DNA of 64,000 bases, from the NCBI GenBank assembly GCA_963666275.2, contig CAXXOA010000002.1:1728001-1792000 (forward strand), given 5' to 3'. Below are positions 9,649-20,018 of this stretch, in pieces. The notes below the pieces were generated by a model. That model was not told where the DNA came from, ran no database searches, and saw only the letters and a list, made by a program, of their open reading frames with translations. Position 1 is the first letter of the stretch, and every line of letters starts with the position of its first letter. A program made the translations under genes and the position numbers. Source of the stretch: Oceanispirochaeta sp. (GTDB taxonomy: Bacteria; Spirochaetota; Spirochaetia; DSM-2461).

Positions 9649-10497
9649 TCAGGCTTTAGATTTCGAAGAGAGAAGCAGATCCAGGGCTCCGTGGCTCCGG
9701 TTCAAGCCTTCGGTAACGGATTCACTGTCTTTGACAAGGTTTCTGACTTCCAGAAGGCTCTCCATTCCAAAGTTCAGTGCCGTACTCTGCTCCTGTATCG
9801 AGTGAAGAATCTCCGTTACGATCTGTACCGACTGGTCCGCCGCAACCGAATTGTCCTGAAAGGTCTCTTCCACCCTGTTCAGATAGGTCTCAAAGCTCTG
9901 CATATTGGTCATGAATGACTCCATCTGCTTGTTGACCCCTTCGATGATTTTAAAGAACATCCCGATACTGCCTGTGATCTGGTCGGCAAACTCATGGGTC
10001 TGGGATGCCAGATTCCGCACTTCTCCGGCGATTATCCGGAAACCGTTTCCCGCTTCACCGGCTCTGGCAGCCTCTATGGAGGCATTGATGGCCAGAATGT
10101 TGGTAGTATCCGCTACATTCTGAATCTGATGGGACATCTCCTGAATATGGGAGGATCTCACATTGAGCTCTTTGATCTGTTTCTGTATTGTTTTTCCGGA
10201 CTGGCTGGTTTCATCCAGCATGGAAACACTGGATTTGATTTCTGAACTGACTGTTTGATTCCGTTCCAGAAGTTTGTCCATGGCGGCATCAATATCTTTG
10301 GTATAAGATGCGGAATTGGCAGAGGTAGATCTGATCTCTTCAAAAGCGCTGAGAACATCTTCCAGGGCTCCGGAAATATTGTGCATGTTTTCGCTGATGA
10401 TATTCATGGCATTACCGGACACCGTATTGAGAACAATACCCTTGTTGTATCCGATCACGAATTTATCCAGCAGATCCTTCATATCTTTCTGTGTCAT
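9649..10497 (-). CDS. Soluble methyl-accepting chemotaxis protein
   Basis: [33 protein letters not shown] hairpin tip, no TM segment. Confidence 0.9.
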   Translation of the reverse strand: MTQKDMKDLLDKFVIGYNKGIVLNTVSGNAMNIISENMHNISGALEDVLSAFEEIRSTSANSASYTKDIDAAMDKLLERNQTVSSEIKSSVSMLDETSQSGKTIQKQIKELNVRSSHIQEMSHQIQNVADTTNILAINASIEAARAGEAGNGFRIIAGEVRNLASQTHEFADQITGSIGMFFKIIEGVNKQMESFMTNMQSFETYLNRVEETFQDNSVAADQSVQIVTEILHSIQEQSTALNFGMESLLEVRNLVKDSESVTEGLNRSHGALDLLLSSKSKA

Positions 10498-10500
10498 GGA

Positions 10501-11274
10501 TCAGACTCCTTTGTAGAGCGAGTCCAGCAGATCTATACCGCATTCCAGATTGGAAATCCAATCAAGGAAGAGAGACACATTCCCTTCGGAAAAGAGCCGT
10601 CCGTGCTGGGGGGCTATGATGAGTGGATTCTGCTTTTTCACCATAGAGGCCCAGCGGGAGGTGGCTTTCCGGGAAGTCATATACCGGGTATGAAAGCCTT
10701 CCAGGGGGGGCAGGTGTGTTTTGAAGTCCTCTACAAACAGAGTCTCTGCCGAGTACTGGATATCTGCAGCACCCACATCGCCGGAAAAGAGAATCCGTGA
10801 AACAGGATCCATCAGGCAGTAGCAGCCGACGGAATGGAGAAAGTGGGAAGGCAGTACCTTCAGTGATGCTCCGCCCAGGGGGATATCCATAGTGGGATTG
10901 CTGATGGGGATAATCCTTTTATTGTCGATAAGACCGAAATGGGGGAGGAACCGTACCCATAGCTCGGAAATATAGATCCTGGCTTTTGTCACACCCAGCC
11001 ACAGGGCAATCCCGGAGGAGACATCCGGATCCTGGTGGGAAAAGAATATGGCATCAATATTGTCCAGATTGATAAACCGGCTGGCTACGGAGACCACCCG
11101 GGAAAAAAGATGGAGTCCGCCCGGATCCAGAAGGATTCCCCGCCCCTTATTAATGATAAGGAACTGATTGGTCATGATGACGCCGGTATCCTCTTTTTCA
11201 TCGGCTCCCAGCCATATAAACTGGTGATCACCTTCTTCATATAGAACTTTTCCGTAAGAGTTGGTTGTGCTCAT
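10501..11274 (-). CDS. Oxygen-binding di-iron protein (ODP), MBL/flavodiiron-like fold
   Basis: SHQDPD, HFLH, FSGDVG and PQHG motifs, no flavodoxin domain. Stop is 3 bp upstream of the soluble MCP. Confidence 0.85.
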   Translation of the reverse strand: MSTTNSYGKVLYEEGDHQFIWLGADEKEDTGVIMTNQFLIINKGRGILLDPGGLHLFSRVVSVASRFINLDNIDAIFFSHQDPDVSSGIALWLGVTKARIYISELWVRFLPHFGLIDNKRIIPISNPTMDIPLGGASLKVLPSHFLHSVGCYCLMDPVSRILFSGDVGAADIQYSAETLFVEDFKTHLPPLEGFHTRYMTSRKATSRWASMVKKQNPLIIAPQHGRLFSEGNVSLFLDWISNLECGIDLLDSLYKGV

Positions 11275-11424
11275 TCTTGGATCCTCGGTTAAACTTTTAA
11301 TTATATATTACATAATCAGAATTATTTTACCTGTTTCTTTTCGGTTAGAAAAGGCTTAATTAGTATATGATCAATTGAATATATTGTACAATAAGAAAAA
11401 TCATAGAACGGTTGAGAGGTAAAA

Positions 11425-11886
11425 ATGAAGAAAACAATAGCTCTTGTCGCCCATGACAATAGAAAAGAAGATCTTATAGAGTGGGTGGAGTGGAATCATA
11501 AAGTTCTTATTAAAAACCGCCTGGTCTGCACAGGAACCACCGGAAAACTAGTAGAGAAGGCTATAAACAAGAAGTTCGGTCTTACAGATGACGGCGGTAT
11601 AGATATTGTCAAACTGAAATCCGGTCCCCTGGGAGGAGATCAGCAGCTGGGTGCCATGATCTGCGAGAATCAGGTGGATATGGTTATTTTTCTCTGGGAT
11701 CCCATGGAACCCCAGCCCCATGATGTGGATGTGAAAGCTCTGCTGAGAATTTCAGTCCTCTACAATGTTCCCATTGCCAATAACAGAGCCACCGCGGATT
11801 ATCTGATCTCTTCCCCTCTGTTTTCCGGCAAAGAGTATGAACCGATCATCAAGGACTATTCAGGCTATATCAACAGAAAGGTATGA
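11425..11886 (+). CDS. mgsA: Methylglyoxal synthase
   Basis: IALVAHDNRK, TGTTG, SGPLGGDQQ and PHDVDVKALLR motifs. Confidence 0.96.
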   Translation: MKKTIALVAHDNRKEDLIEWVEWNHKVLIKNRLVCTGTTGKLVEKAINKKFGLTDDGGIDIVKLKSGPLGGDQQLGAMICENQVDMVIFLWDPMEPQPHDVDVKALLRISVLYNVPIANNRATADYLISSPLFSGKEYEPIIKDYSGYINRKV

Positions 11887-11889
11887 CAG

Positions 11890-12576
11890 ATGAAGCAGCA
11901 TGACCTGGTGAGTCTTTCCGAGTGCGGTCTTTTTCAGTCTGTGGATATTCTGGATCTGAAGGCCTTCTTCAGGGACCGGAACTGGGATTGCCGCCGCTTT
12001 GAGCCCGGTGAGATTCCCCTCAGGCAGGGGGACTTATATAACTCCCTTATGATCCTTTTGAGGGGGAAGGTTTCCACAGCTATGACGGCCCCTAATGGAA
12101 AAGTTGTCCGCCTGGAAACTCTTCAGGGGCCTGCTGCAGTAGGAACAGCTGTGCTTTTCTCGGGCCAGAAATCTCTGCCCGTTTCTCTGGAAGTTGTGGA
12201 ATCCTCGGACTGCCTGTTCCTCCCGGAGAAGACTGTTATGGAGCTGATGCATGAATTTCCCTCTTTTCTGAAAGCCTATCTGGCAGATAACGGGGACAGG
12301 CTCCTTCTCCTGGCAGAAAAAATAAGGCTTTTTCAGTTTAAGTCGCTGAGACAGAAAATCGTGAGTCACCTGCTGGTTCAGGCAGACAGACAGCACTCCG
12401 ATGAGTTTTCCCTCATCTACACCCGGGAAGATCTTTCCCAGCTCATGGGAGTGGCAAGGCCCTCCCTATCCCGGGAGTTTTCAGCCCTTGTAAAAGAGGG
12501 GCTTATCTCATCCAGGGGAAAATCTGTAACAATACTGAATCGAAAGGGATTGCTGAGAGCTCTTCAGGAAGAATAG
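11890..12576 (+). CDS. Crp/Fnr-family regulator, probable HcpR
   Basis: cNMP-binding-like domain plus HTH TREDLSQLMGVARPSLSREF. hcp lies nearby. Confidence 0.8.
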   Translation: MKQHDLVSLSECGLFQSVDILDLKAFFRDRNWDCRRFEPGEIPLRQGDLYNSLMILLRGKVSTAMTAPNGKVVRLETLQGPAAVGTAVLFSGQKSLPVSLEVVESSDCLFLPEKTVMELMHEFPSFLKAYLADNGDRLLLLAEKIRLFQFKSLRQKIVSHLLVQADRQHSDEFSLIYTREDLSQLMGVARPSLSREFSALVKEGLISSRGKSVTILNRKGLLRALQEE

Positions 12577-12645
12577 ATCTATTGAAATAAAGAATTTCTC
12601 CCCTTCGTCTTTAGGATCTGGCGGAGGGGAGAAGAAAGGGCTGAT

Positions 12646-13623
12646 TTAGAGCTGGAGCCTTACATTGCTTGTGAGGCCCATGGTTCCTGTGGCCAGGCCG
12701 TAATTGAGGCCGAAGTCCACTTTTACAAGGGGAAAGTTCAGTCCCACGCCGCCGAAGAGCCGCAGAGCTCCTCCGTTGACATCGGAGTTGACCAGAACAC
12801 CTTCGTCATCGATGGAGACGCCGGTCAGATCTTCCAGCTGATCTATCTGGGCATCTGTTATTGTTACATTGTCCACTGAAACAGTTCCGTTGGTTATACC
12901 GCCACCTGCTGAGGTAAGACCATAGGAGTATCCCATTCCGGCAGAAAGGTTCAGGAGCAGCAGTTTCTTGCTGGCCTGTACTTTAAAATCAAATACATTG
13001 GCGCTCCAGTCAAAGAGCATATCCGTATCGCTGACAACAAGTTCGTTTCCGATGGCTCCAGAGGCATAACCGGAAATGTCCATTGTCTGGTCATCGATAG
13101 GGGCGGATATGGATCCGCTCATATGAGTATAGCCTACTCCCACGGAGAGTTCGGGGAGGAGAGGATTCCCTTCGATCACCGCATATCGGATATCACCGCC
13201 GAACATGCTGTAGCTCATGGTAATATCCATCATATCCCTTGGATTGAGAACGCCCACTTTGAGGCCCACGTCCATAGGAAGGATGGGAACTCCGATCCGG
13301 CCGTCAATAGAGTACATGGGCATGGGAATACCGATTCCGGGCATATCGTCCAGTGTATCGTCTCCGGTCAGGTCGTAAACATCTTCAAAGGCTTTCATGG
13401 GAATGAAAACGGCCCCTGTGGTGAGTCCCACACCGAAGCGGGGGAACATCCCCATATAGGCATCGTTCCAGTTCAGTCCCATCCCGGCCATCATAGGCAG
13501 GGCCTGGGCGGTTTCATCTGCAAATGATTTGAAACTGTCTTCTATCTGATCAATATCATAATCCTGTGCACTGATAGTAAAGGCTAAAAGCATCAGCAGA
13601 AAAATTAAACCAAATTTTTTCAT
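12646..13623 (-). CDS. Exported protein, putative outer-membrane beta-barrel
   Basis: Signal peptide, alternating Gly/hydrophobic beta-strands, C-terminal NVRLQL. Confidence 0.6.
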   Translation of the reverse strand: MKKFGLIFLLMLLAFTISAQDYDIDQIEDSFKSFADETAQALPMMAGMGLNWNDAYMGMFPRFGVGLTTGAVFIPMKAFEDVYDLTGDDTLDDMPGIGIPMPMYSIDGRIGVPILPMDVGLKVGVLNPRDMMDITMSYSMFGGDIRYAVIEGNPLLPELSVGVGYTHMSGSISAPIDDQTMDISGYASGAIGNELVVSDTDMLFDWSANVFDFKVQASKKLLLLNLSAGMGYSYGLTSAGGGITNGTVSVDNVTITDAQIDQLEDLTGVSIDDEGVLVNSDVNGGALRLFGGVGLNFPLVKVDFGLNYGLATGTMGLTSNVRLQL

Positions 13624-13745
13624 AGTAAATCTCCCGTTTTAAATTGTTTATTAAAATCTACTACAAAATGAACTGAATTTCCCGGTTTTTCCTCTTTTTC
13701 AGCTTTAAGTCCCTATTTTGTGCCTTTCGGCCTATCATGTAAAAC

Positions 13746-13778
13746 AAAAAAACCGGGGCCTCGTCTCATGGCCCCGGT
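13746..13778 (-). terminator. Intrinsic terminator downstream of hcp
   Basis: ACCGGGGCC/GGCCCCGGT stem followed by a T-run on the minus strand. Confidence 0.7.
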
Positions 13779-13834
13779 CTTATACTTCCCCTCAGAACAG
13801 TGAGGGGGAAGGGCTGGGCGATCTTTTTATCCGG

Positions 13835-15469
13835 TTAGGCACCCATAAAAAGTTTTATATCATCCTCGACTTCGCCGATTCCGGCGATTCCGAAATTTTC
13901 CACCAGTACCTTCGCCACAGCCGGAGAAAGGAAGGCCGGAAGGGTCGGACCCAGGTGGATATCTTTCACACCCAGGAAGAGAAGGGCCAGAAGAACAATG
14001 ACGGCTTTCTGCTCATACCAGGCGATGTTGTAGCTGATAGGCAGATCGTTGATGTCATTCAGTTCAAAAACCTCTTTCAGTTTCAGAGCTGTCACGGCAA
14101 GAGAATAGGAGTCGTTACACTGACCGGCATCCAGAACCCGGGGGATTCCGCCGATGTCTCCCAGGGGAAGCTTGTTGTATCTGTATTTGGCGCATCCCGC
14201 AGTGAGAATCACAGTGTCCGAAGGCAACTGCTGAGCGAACTCTGTATAGTAATCCCGGCCCTTCATCCTGCCGTCGCATCCGGCCATAACAAAAAAGCGT
14301 TTGATCGCACCGGATTTCACTGCATCCACCACTTTGTCAGCCAGGGCCAGAACCTGATTGTGGGCAAATCCGCCAACAATCGTGCCTGTTTCAATCTCCA
14401 CGGGAGATTCGCATTTTTTCGCATGTTCGATCACAGCGGAAAAGTCTTTTTCCCCGCTTCCCTCTATATGTTTCACCCCGGGGAATCCGGCCGCCCCGGT
14501 GGTGTACATCCTCTCCCTGTAGGACTCTCTGGGAGGAGTAATGCAGTTGGTAGTCATCAGGATCGGGCCATTGAAGGAGTCAAACTCTTTGTCCTGTTTC
14601 CACCAGGCGTTGCCGTAGTTTCCCACAAAGTGATCGTATTTTTTAAAGGCGGGATAGTAGTTGGCCGGAAGCATCTCGCTGTGGGTATAAACGTCCACGC
14701 CGGTCCCCTCTGTCTGTTTCAGCAGGCTTTCCATATCTTTCAGATCGTGTCCGGAAATCAGGATGCCCGGATTGCTGCGGACCCCGATATTCACTTCGGT
14801 GATTTCAGGATTACCGTAGGCTTCGGTATTGGCTTTATCCAGAACGGCCATAACGGAAACGCCTTTTTCTCCTGTTTCCAGAGTCAGGGCTACCAGTTCA
14901 TCCGCGCTCAGGCTGTCATCCAGTGTGGCTGCCAGGGCTTTGTAGAGGAACCGGAGAACCGACTCATCCTGCTGTGCCAGGTGATCCGCATGGTAGGCAT
15001 AGGCGGCCATCCCTTTGAGTCCGTAGATAATCAGCTCTCTCAGAGAACGGACATCTTCGTTTTCTGTTGCCAGAACGCCCACTGTTTCGGCTTTCTGCTG
15101 CATAGCTGTTCCGGTCAGGGCTGTGAACTGTGCCGCATCATGAAGTTCTGACGGAACCAGATCTCCCAGGTCTTTTTTCAGTTTGTCCCTCAGAGAGATG
15201 GTTTCAATAATGGTCTTTACAAAGGCTGCGTCATCAAAATTGGCATTGGTTATGGTCATGAAAAGACCGCGCATCAGAGCCTGGTCTGCTTCAGGCAGGG
15301 CCTGTCCCTGCGCTCTGGCGGGGCCGGCTACCTGAGCCAGTCCTTTCAGTGTATATATGAGAAGATCCTGCAGGGCAGACGTTTCGGGCTGCTTACCGCA
15401 GACGCCCCGTACTTCGCATCCTGTTCCTTTTGCTGCCTCCTGGCACTGAAAACAAAACATATTCATCAT
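13835..15469 (-). CDS. hcp: Hybrid cluster protein (hydroxylamine/NO reductase)
   Basis: MFCFQCQE…GC…GVCGK, SGHDL, HSEMLP, AGCDGR, GQCNDSY and WYEQKAV motifs. Confidence 0.97.
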   Translation of the reverse strand: MMNMFCFQCQEAAKGTGCEVRGVCGKQPETSALQDLLIYTLKGLAQVAGPARAQGQALPEADQALMRGLFMTITNANFDDAAFVKTIIETISLRDKLKKDLGDLVPSELHDAAQFTALTGTAMQQKAETVGVLATENEDVRSLRELIIYGLKGMAAYAYHADHLAQQDESVLRFLYKALAATLDDSLSADELVALTLETGEKGVSVMAVLDKANTEAYGNPEITEVNIGVRSNPGILISGHDLKDMESLLKQTEGTGVDVYTHSEMLPANYYPAFKKYDHFVGNYGNAWWKQDKEFDSFNGPILMTTNCITPPRESYRERMYTTGAAGFPGVKHIEGSGEKDFSAVIEHAKKCESPVEIETGTIVGGFAHNQVLALADKVVDAVKSGAIKRFFVMAGCDGRMKGRDYYTEFAQQLPSDTVILTAGCAKYRYNKLPLGDIGGIPRVLDAGQCNDSYSLAVTALKLKEVFELNDINDLPISYNIAWYEQKAVIVLLALLFLGVKDIHLGPTLPAFLSPAVAKVLVENFGIAGIGEVEDDIKLFMGA

Positions 15470-15566
15470 AAACTCCTTATTGTCAGGATCTCCCCGGAAA
15501 AACCGATAATCCTTATTGATTTGCTAGGTTATGATCTGAGTATAGGGGGGGGCGGAAAATCTTTCC

Positions 15567-15580
15567 GTAACCTATGTTAC
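15567..15580. promoter_or_regulatory. HcpR-type operator palindrome
   Basis: GTAAC-CTAT-GTTAC, about 100 bp upstream of the hcp start. Confidence 0.7.
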
Positions 15581-15715
15581 ATAAACAGGTAATTCTGTAC
15601 CGAAATATTTGTTAAAGGATCCGGAGGGGAAATTCCGGCTGTTCTTCTGTCTCTTCCTGACAATCCTGGTTTTTCCATGGTGGTCATGAGACGGGAAAGG
15701 AGCTAGAATACTCCT

Positions 15716-16551
15716 ATGAAAACCAATTACCACACCCATTGTTCTCTCTGCGACGGCATTGCCGATCCCGAAACTGTTGTTCTCAAGGCTATTGAAAAAG
15801 GATTCCATATCCTGGGATTTTCCTCCCATTCTCCTCTGGAAGGTGAGGAATGGACCCTGTCTGTTGACGGCGTGGAAGAGTATGTGAGGCAGATCAGCAC
15901 CCTGAAGGAGACCTACAGGGACAGGATTACCCTGCTTGTGGGTATGGAAAGGGATTTTCTGCCTGCTGATCCTGTCTGGCCCGTCAGAGAGTGGAAAGGG
16001 ATCAAGCTGGATTATGTGATCGGTTCGGTTCATGCCACTGGGTGGAGGCTGAAAAGAGATTCTACAGCGTAGACGGTCCTGAAGAGGAAGTTTCCTATCT
16101 TATCGATACTGTATACAGCGGTGATCCCCGGAAAATGGTGGAAGCCTATTACGATGCCCTGGCTCTGATGGTCTCCAGGGAGACTATGGATTTCGTGGGA
16201 CATCTGGATGTAGTGAAGAAACGGAACCGGTCCATGGGATTTCTCAATGAGGAAGATTCCTGGTACATTGAAAAAGTGGAAGAGGTTCTCGATCTTATTG
16301 CGGAAAAAGGACTGCGTATCGAGATCAATACAGGAGGAATCTCCCGGGGAGCCACCGATGATTTCTATCCCTCCCGGTCCATTCTGGCGCGTTGTCATAA
16401 AAAGGGGATTCCCATCGTGATCAACAGCGACTCCCATGACCCGGAGCATCTGGACGGAGAGTTCCCCCTGGCGGCGGAGGCGGCAAAAAACGCCGGCTAC
16501 AGAGAGCACTGGATTCTGGACAGGGAAGGTTGGAGAGCTATCCCTCTGTAA
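15716..16551 (+). pseudogene. HisJ-family (PHP) histidinol-phosphatase, frameshifted
   Basis: N-half (NYHTH…CDG, FSSHSP, VIGSVH) and C-half (GHLDVVKK, EINTGG, NSDSHDP) are in different frames and join near 16036-16040. Confidence 0.8.
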
Positions 16552-16577
16552 GGGATTTTTTATTCAGTCAATACCGA

Positions 16578-17438
16578 TCAGTCAAAGACAATCGTCTTGT
16601 TGCCGAACACCAGGATCTTATGTTCCAGGTGGAGAATCACTCCCCGGGAGAGGACCATCTTTTCCAGGTTTCTCCCTTTCTCGACCAGATTGTTCACGCT
16701 GTCTCTGTGGTTCACCCTGGTCACATCCTGGGCAATGATGGGACCCTGATCCAGATCTTCGGTAACATAGTGACTGGTGGCTCCGATCAGTTTAACTCCC
16801 CGGGAAAAGGCCTGATGATAGGGTTTGGCCCCCACGAAAGCCGGAAGGAAGGAGTGGTGTATATTGATGATCCGGTGAGGAAAGGACTCGACAAATTTAC
16901 TGGAGAGGATCTGCATATACCGGGCCAGCACAATCAGATCGATCTTTTCTTTTTTCAGAAGGGCAATCTGTTCTCTCTCCACTTCTTTCTTGGTCTCTTT
17001 TGTCACCGGAAAGTGGTAGAAGGGGATCCCGAAGTATTCCGCAATGGGGCCGGCATCGGGATGATTGCTTACAATCATCTTTATATTGGCCTTCAGTTCT
17101 CCCGCTCTGTTGCGGAGCAGAAGTTCATAGAGGCAGTGGTCGTATTTGGATACCATAATCGCCAGATTTCTCACATCCGATGAGAATTCAAGCTTCCAGT
17201 TCATTTCGAATTTGATGGCAATCGGTTCAAAGGCGGAGGCTATTTTTCCGGAAGGCAGAGCAAAATCCGTCAGATCCCACTCCACTCTCATAAAAAACAT
17301 ACCCGATTCATCGTAGTGCTGGTCACAGTTGAGGATATTCCCCTCATACATGGTAATGAAGTGTGTTATTTCCGCTACGATCCCTTTCCGGTCCACACAG
17401 GATAAAAAAAGGATGGCTGATTCAGGCTTTGTACTCAT
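16578..17438 (-). CDS. purU: Formyltetrahydrofolate deformylase
   Basis: ACT domain, VSKYDHCL, LARYMQIL, NIHHSFLPAF and GVKLIGATSHYV motifs. Confidence 0.96.
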   Translation of the reverse strand: MSTKPESAILFLSCVDRKGIVAEITHFITMYEGNILNCDQHYDESGMFFMRVEWDLTDFALPSGKIASAFEPIAIKFEMNWKLEFSSDVRNLAIMVSKYDHCLYELLLRNRAGELKANIKMIVSNHPDAGPIAEYFGIPFYHFPVTKETKKEVEREQIALLKKEKIDLIVLARYMQILSSKFVESFPHRIINIHHSFLPAFVGAKPYHQAFSRGVKLIGATSHYVTEDLDQGPIIAQDVTRVNHRDSVNNLVEKGRNLEKMVLSRGVILHLEHKILVFGNKTIVFD

Positions 17439-17540
17439 TTTTTGTCTCTCCACAATTCAGGCACAGGCCGGAAACCTCTGCCGCTCAGGTAGCTAGGCAT
17501 TATATAGAGAATCCGGCGCTTGGAAAAGGGCCGCCCCGGC

Positions 17541-18914
17541 CTAATCCTCCAGGGCTTCCACCAGTTTACGGAATTTGTCTCCCCTGTCAAACTCGTTGAT
17601 AAACATACCGAACGAGGTGGCTCCAGGCGAAAGCAGGACGGCATCCCCCGGAAGGGCGTCCTGAAGGGCCTTCTGAAACGCCGGCTCCAGCGAAGAGAAG
17701 GGGCCGTTGTAGGGGATTCCTTTCGTGTTCAGGAGAGAGATGATCTTCTTTGTGGCGGTTCCTTCCAGAAGATAGAGGGAGGCGGCTCGCTCCAGATCCT
17801 CCAGCACTCCGGTGTAATCCAGTTCCTTGTCGTTCCCACCGGCAATCAGCCGGACCGGGGTTTCAAAGCTGTTGATTCCCGCGGCCATGGCTTCGGGAAT
17901 GGTGGCTGTGGTGTCATTGTAAAAGCGGATATCCCGCCAGGTCCGGACCAGTTCCATTCGGTAGGGAACCCCTCCGAAAGACTCCAGCCCCCTGCGTATG
18001 GTTTCCCCGTCTATGCCGTAGAGGAAGGCAGCCGCAGCCGCGATCAGGCAGTTCTGACGGAAGTATTTTCCCGGTACCTTCAGGGCTGCAGGGAGCAGGG
18101 ATTCGGCCTGACCCTCCTTTTCGGGGTTCTGAAAGAATCCCCGGGAGCCTTCCTGCCAGATACTTGTATTCTCACTCTCTGTCAGATCGTAGAAAAGGGC
18201 GCGGCCGGGACATTCGGAAGCAAACTCCCGGCCGTAGCTGTCATTGAAGAACAGGCTGTACTGATCGGGGGTCTGGCCCCTGTAAATGACTTTTTTGTCG
18301 TCCACATAATCGGAAAAAGAGGCATACATATTCTGATGATCGTTCATGATATTTGTGATGACGCTGATCCGGGGATGGAGAAGATCCCGGCCCTTCAGAT
18401 CGCCCAGCTGCCAGGAGGAGAGTTCCAGTATGACAGGTTCCTCTCCTGTGAGTTCCTCCAGAAACGTGAGGGGAGAGACTGTAATGTTGCCTCCCAGCCG
18501 GGGATTTTTCCCCGCTTCCCTGAGGATGGCATAGAGGGCTGAGACCACGGTGGATTTACCCTTGCTTCCTGTCACCGCAAGAATCGGGCTGGAGCAGTTG
18601 GCCAGGAAAACAGAAATATCAGTCTCCACCTGTTTTGATGCTTTCAGGTAGGGAGAATCAGCCGGGACGGCGGGGTTTTTTATGACCAGGTCGGCCTGTT
18701 CGAAGTCCTCCATTCTGTGCTCCCCCAGAACATAGCGGACAGGAAGATCTTTCAGTTTTTCAAGAGACGGGGCGAGTATTTCGGCCGATCTCAGATCCGT
18801 GGCAGTGACCTGCGCTCCCAGGGAGGCAAAATACCGGACGCTTGCCAGCCCGCCGCCGTTCAGTCCCAGCCCCATAACGGTGATTTTTTTGTTTTTGAAT
18901 GATCCGGGGGTCAT
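17541..18914 (-). CDS. murD: UDP-MurNAc-L-Ala:D-Glu ligase
   Basis: GLGLNGGG, TGSKGKST, LELSSWQL, YNDTTAT and LLSPGATSF…DRG motifs. Confidence 0.95.
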   Translation of the reverse strand: MTPGSFKNKKITVMGLGLNGGGLASVRYFASLGAQVTATDLRSAEILAPSLEKLKDLPVRYVLGEHRMEDFEQADLVIKNPAVPADSPYLKASKQVETDISVFLANCSSPILAVTGSKGKSTVVSALYAILREAGKNPRLGGNITVSPLTFLEELTGEEPVILELSSWQLGDLKGRDLLHPRISVITNIMNDHQNMYASFSDYVDDKKVIYRGQTPDQYSLFFNDSYGREFASECPGRALFYDLTESENTSIWQEGSRGFFQNPEKEGQAESLLPAALKVPGKYFRQNCLIAAAAAFLYGIDGETIRRGLESFGGVPYRMELVRTWRDIRFYNDTTATIPEAMAAGINSFETPVRLIAGGNDKELDYTGVLEDLERAASLYLLEGTATKKIISLLNTKGIPYNGPFSSLEPAFQKALQDALPGDAVLLSPGATSFGMFINEFDRGDKFRKLVEALED

Positions 18915-19040
18915 TTATGCCTCACTTGTGCGAATATATGATATGGCCGATAATATCATAAAGGCCCTATTTTGATAATGGCCTTACTGCATGACCTTCC
19001 CGTACTGTTGCGAAGGGGGAAGTTTGAGGAGAAGAGTTTT

Positions 19041-20018
19041 ATGATCAGATTTCGGACAGGGCTGATCCTCCGGCTGATGTTAATATTACCGCTGGCAGCA
19101 GGAGCCCAGGAAAAGGCGGAAATCGTCTTTGCCCAGGGAGAGGGGTTTTCTCTGGTACGGAATGGAAACACCGAATTTCATGACCTCTATCTGGAAGCCG
19201 CAGAGGGAATGACTCTCCTCCCGGGCGATGTGATCCTCACGGAAGAAGATACCTGGATGGAGATTGAACTCAACCATTCGAACTCTCTTATCAAAATTGC
19301 CGAAAATACGACCTTTACCATCAGTTCTCTGGAGAACAGCGGAGGGACCTTTCAGGTCTCCTACGGCAGGATCAGAGCCCGGGTGGAAAAACTCTCGGAT
19401 GAGACACCTTTCTGGATTCAGGGGGTGGATACTGTGGCCGGCGTCAGAGGCACCGACTTCGGTTATGATCTGTTCTACGACAGGGAATCCCCGGAATTGA
19501 CAAGAACCGATGTGTACTGTTTTAAAGGGAAGGTTGAGGTCGTTCAGATCCCGGTCTCTGCAGATGGGACGGCGGGAACTCCTGAAAAGGGAGAAGAAGG
19601 AACGGCCCGGTCGGTTATTATAGGAAAAAATGAGATGGTATCGGTCCTCTCCGACTCCAGGGAAACTCTGGAAGTGGAGAGTGTTACCCGGGAGCTGAAA
19701 GAGTACTGGGATATCAATGAGTTCCAATATGAACCGATTCAGGAGAAGACTCCCATCAATCCCGAGGTCAACAGTTTTGCCGCTTTTCACAATGATTCCA
19801 GGCAGCTGAGGCAGGCCGCCCTGTTTTCCGGTGTGTCCGGAGCCCTTATTACGGCGACGGGACTGGCCGGCTATTTTGCCGCAGACAGTCCTCCAAGCTT
19901 TGCCATCGGCATGGGCAGTGTCGGAGGCGTTCTTATGGGCGGTGCGGGATACTTTGCCATCCGTGCCCTGATCCTGGACAGCCGCTCAGGGGCCGAGGTT
20001 CCCGCAGAGCAGCCCTAA
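19041..20018 (+). CDS. FecR-domain membrane/exported protein
   Basis: Signal peptide, GDVILT…IKIAENT…GRIRARV…AGVRGTDF FecR pattern, two C-terminal TM helices. Confidence 0.75.
   Translation: MIRFRTGLILRLMLILPLAAGAQEKAEIVFAQGEGFSLVRNGNTEFHDLYLEAAEGMTLLPGDVILTEEDTWMEIELNHSNSLIKIAENTTFTISSLENSGGTFQVSYGRIRARVEKLSDETPFWIQGVDTVAGVRGTDFGYDLFYDRESPELTRTDVYCFKGKVEVVQIPVSADGTAGTPEKGEEGTARSVIIGKNEMVSVLSDSRETLEVESVTRELKEYWDINEFQYEPIQEKTPINPEVNSFAAFHNDSRQLRQAALFSGVSGALITATGLAGYFAADSPPSFAIGMGSVGGVLMGGAGYFAIRALILDSRSGAEVPAEQP

Noticed and set aside
15991..16072. Programmed ribosomal frameshift in the HisJ-like gene
   Set aside because: No slippery sequence or stimulatory structure at the junction.
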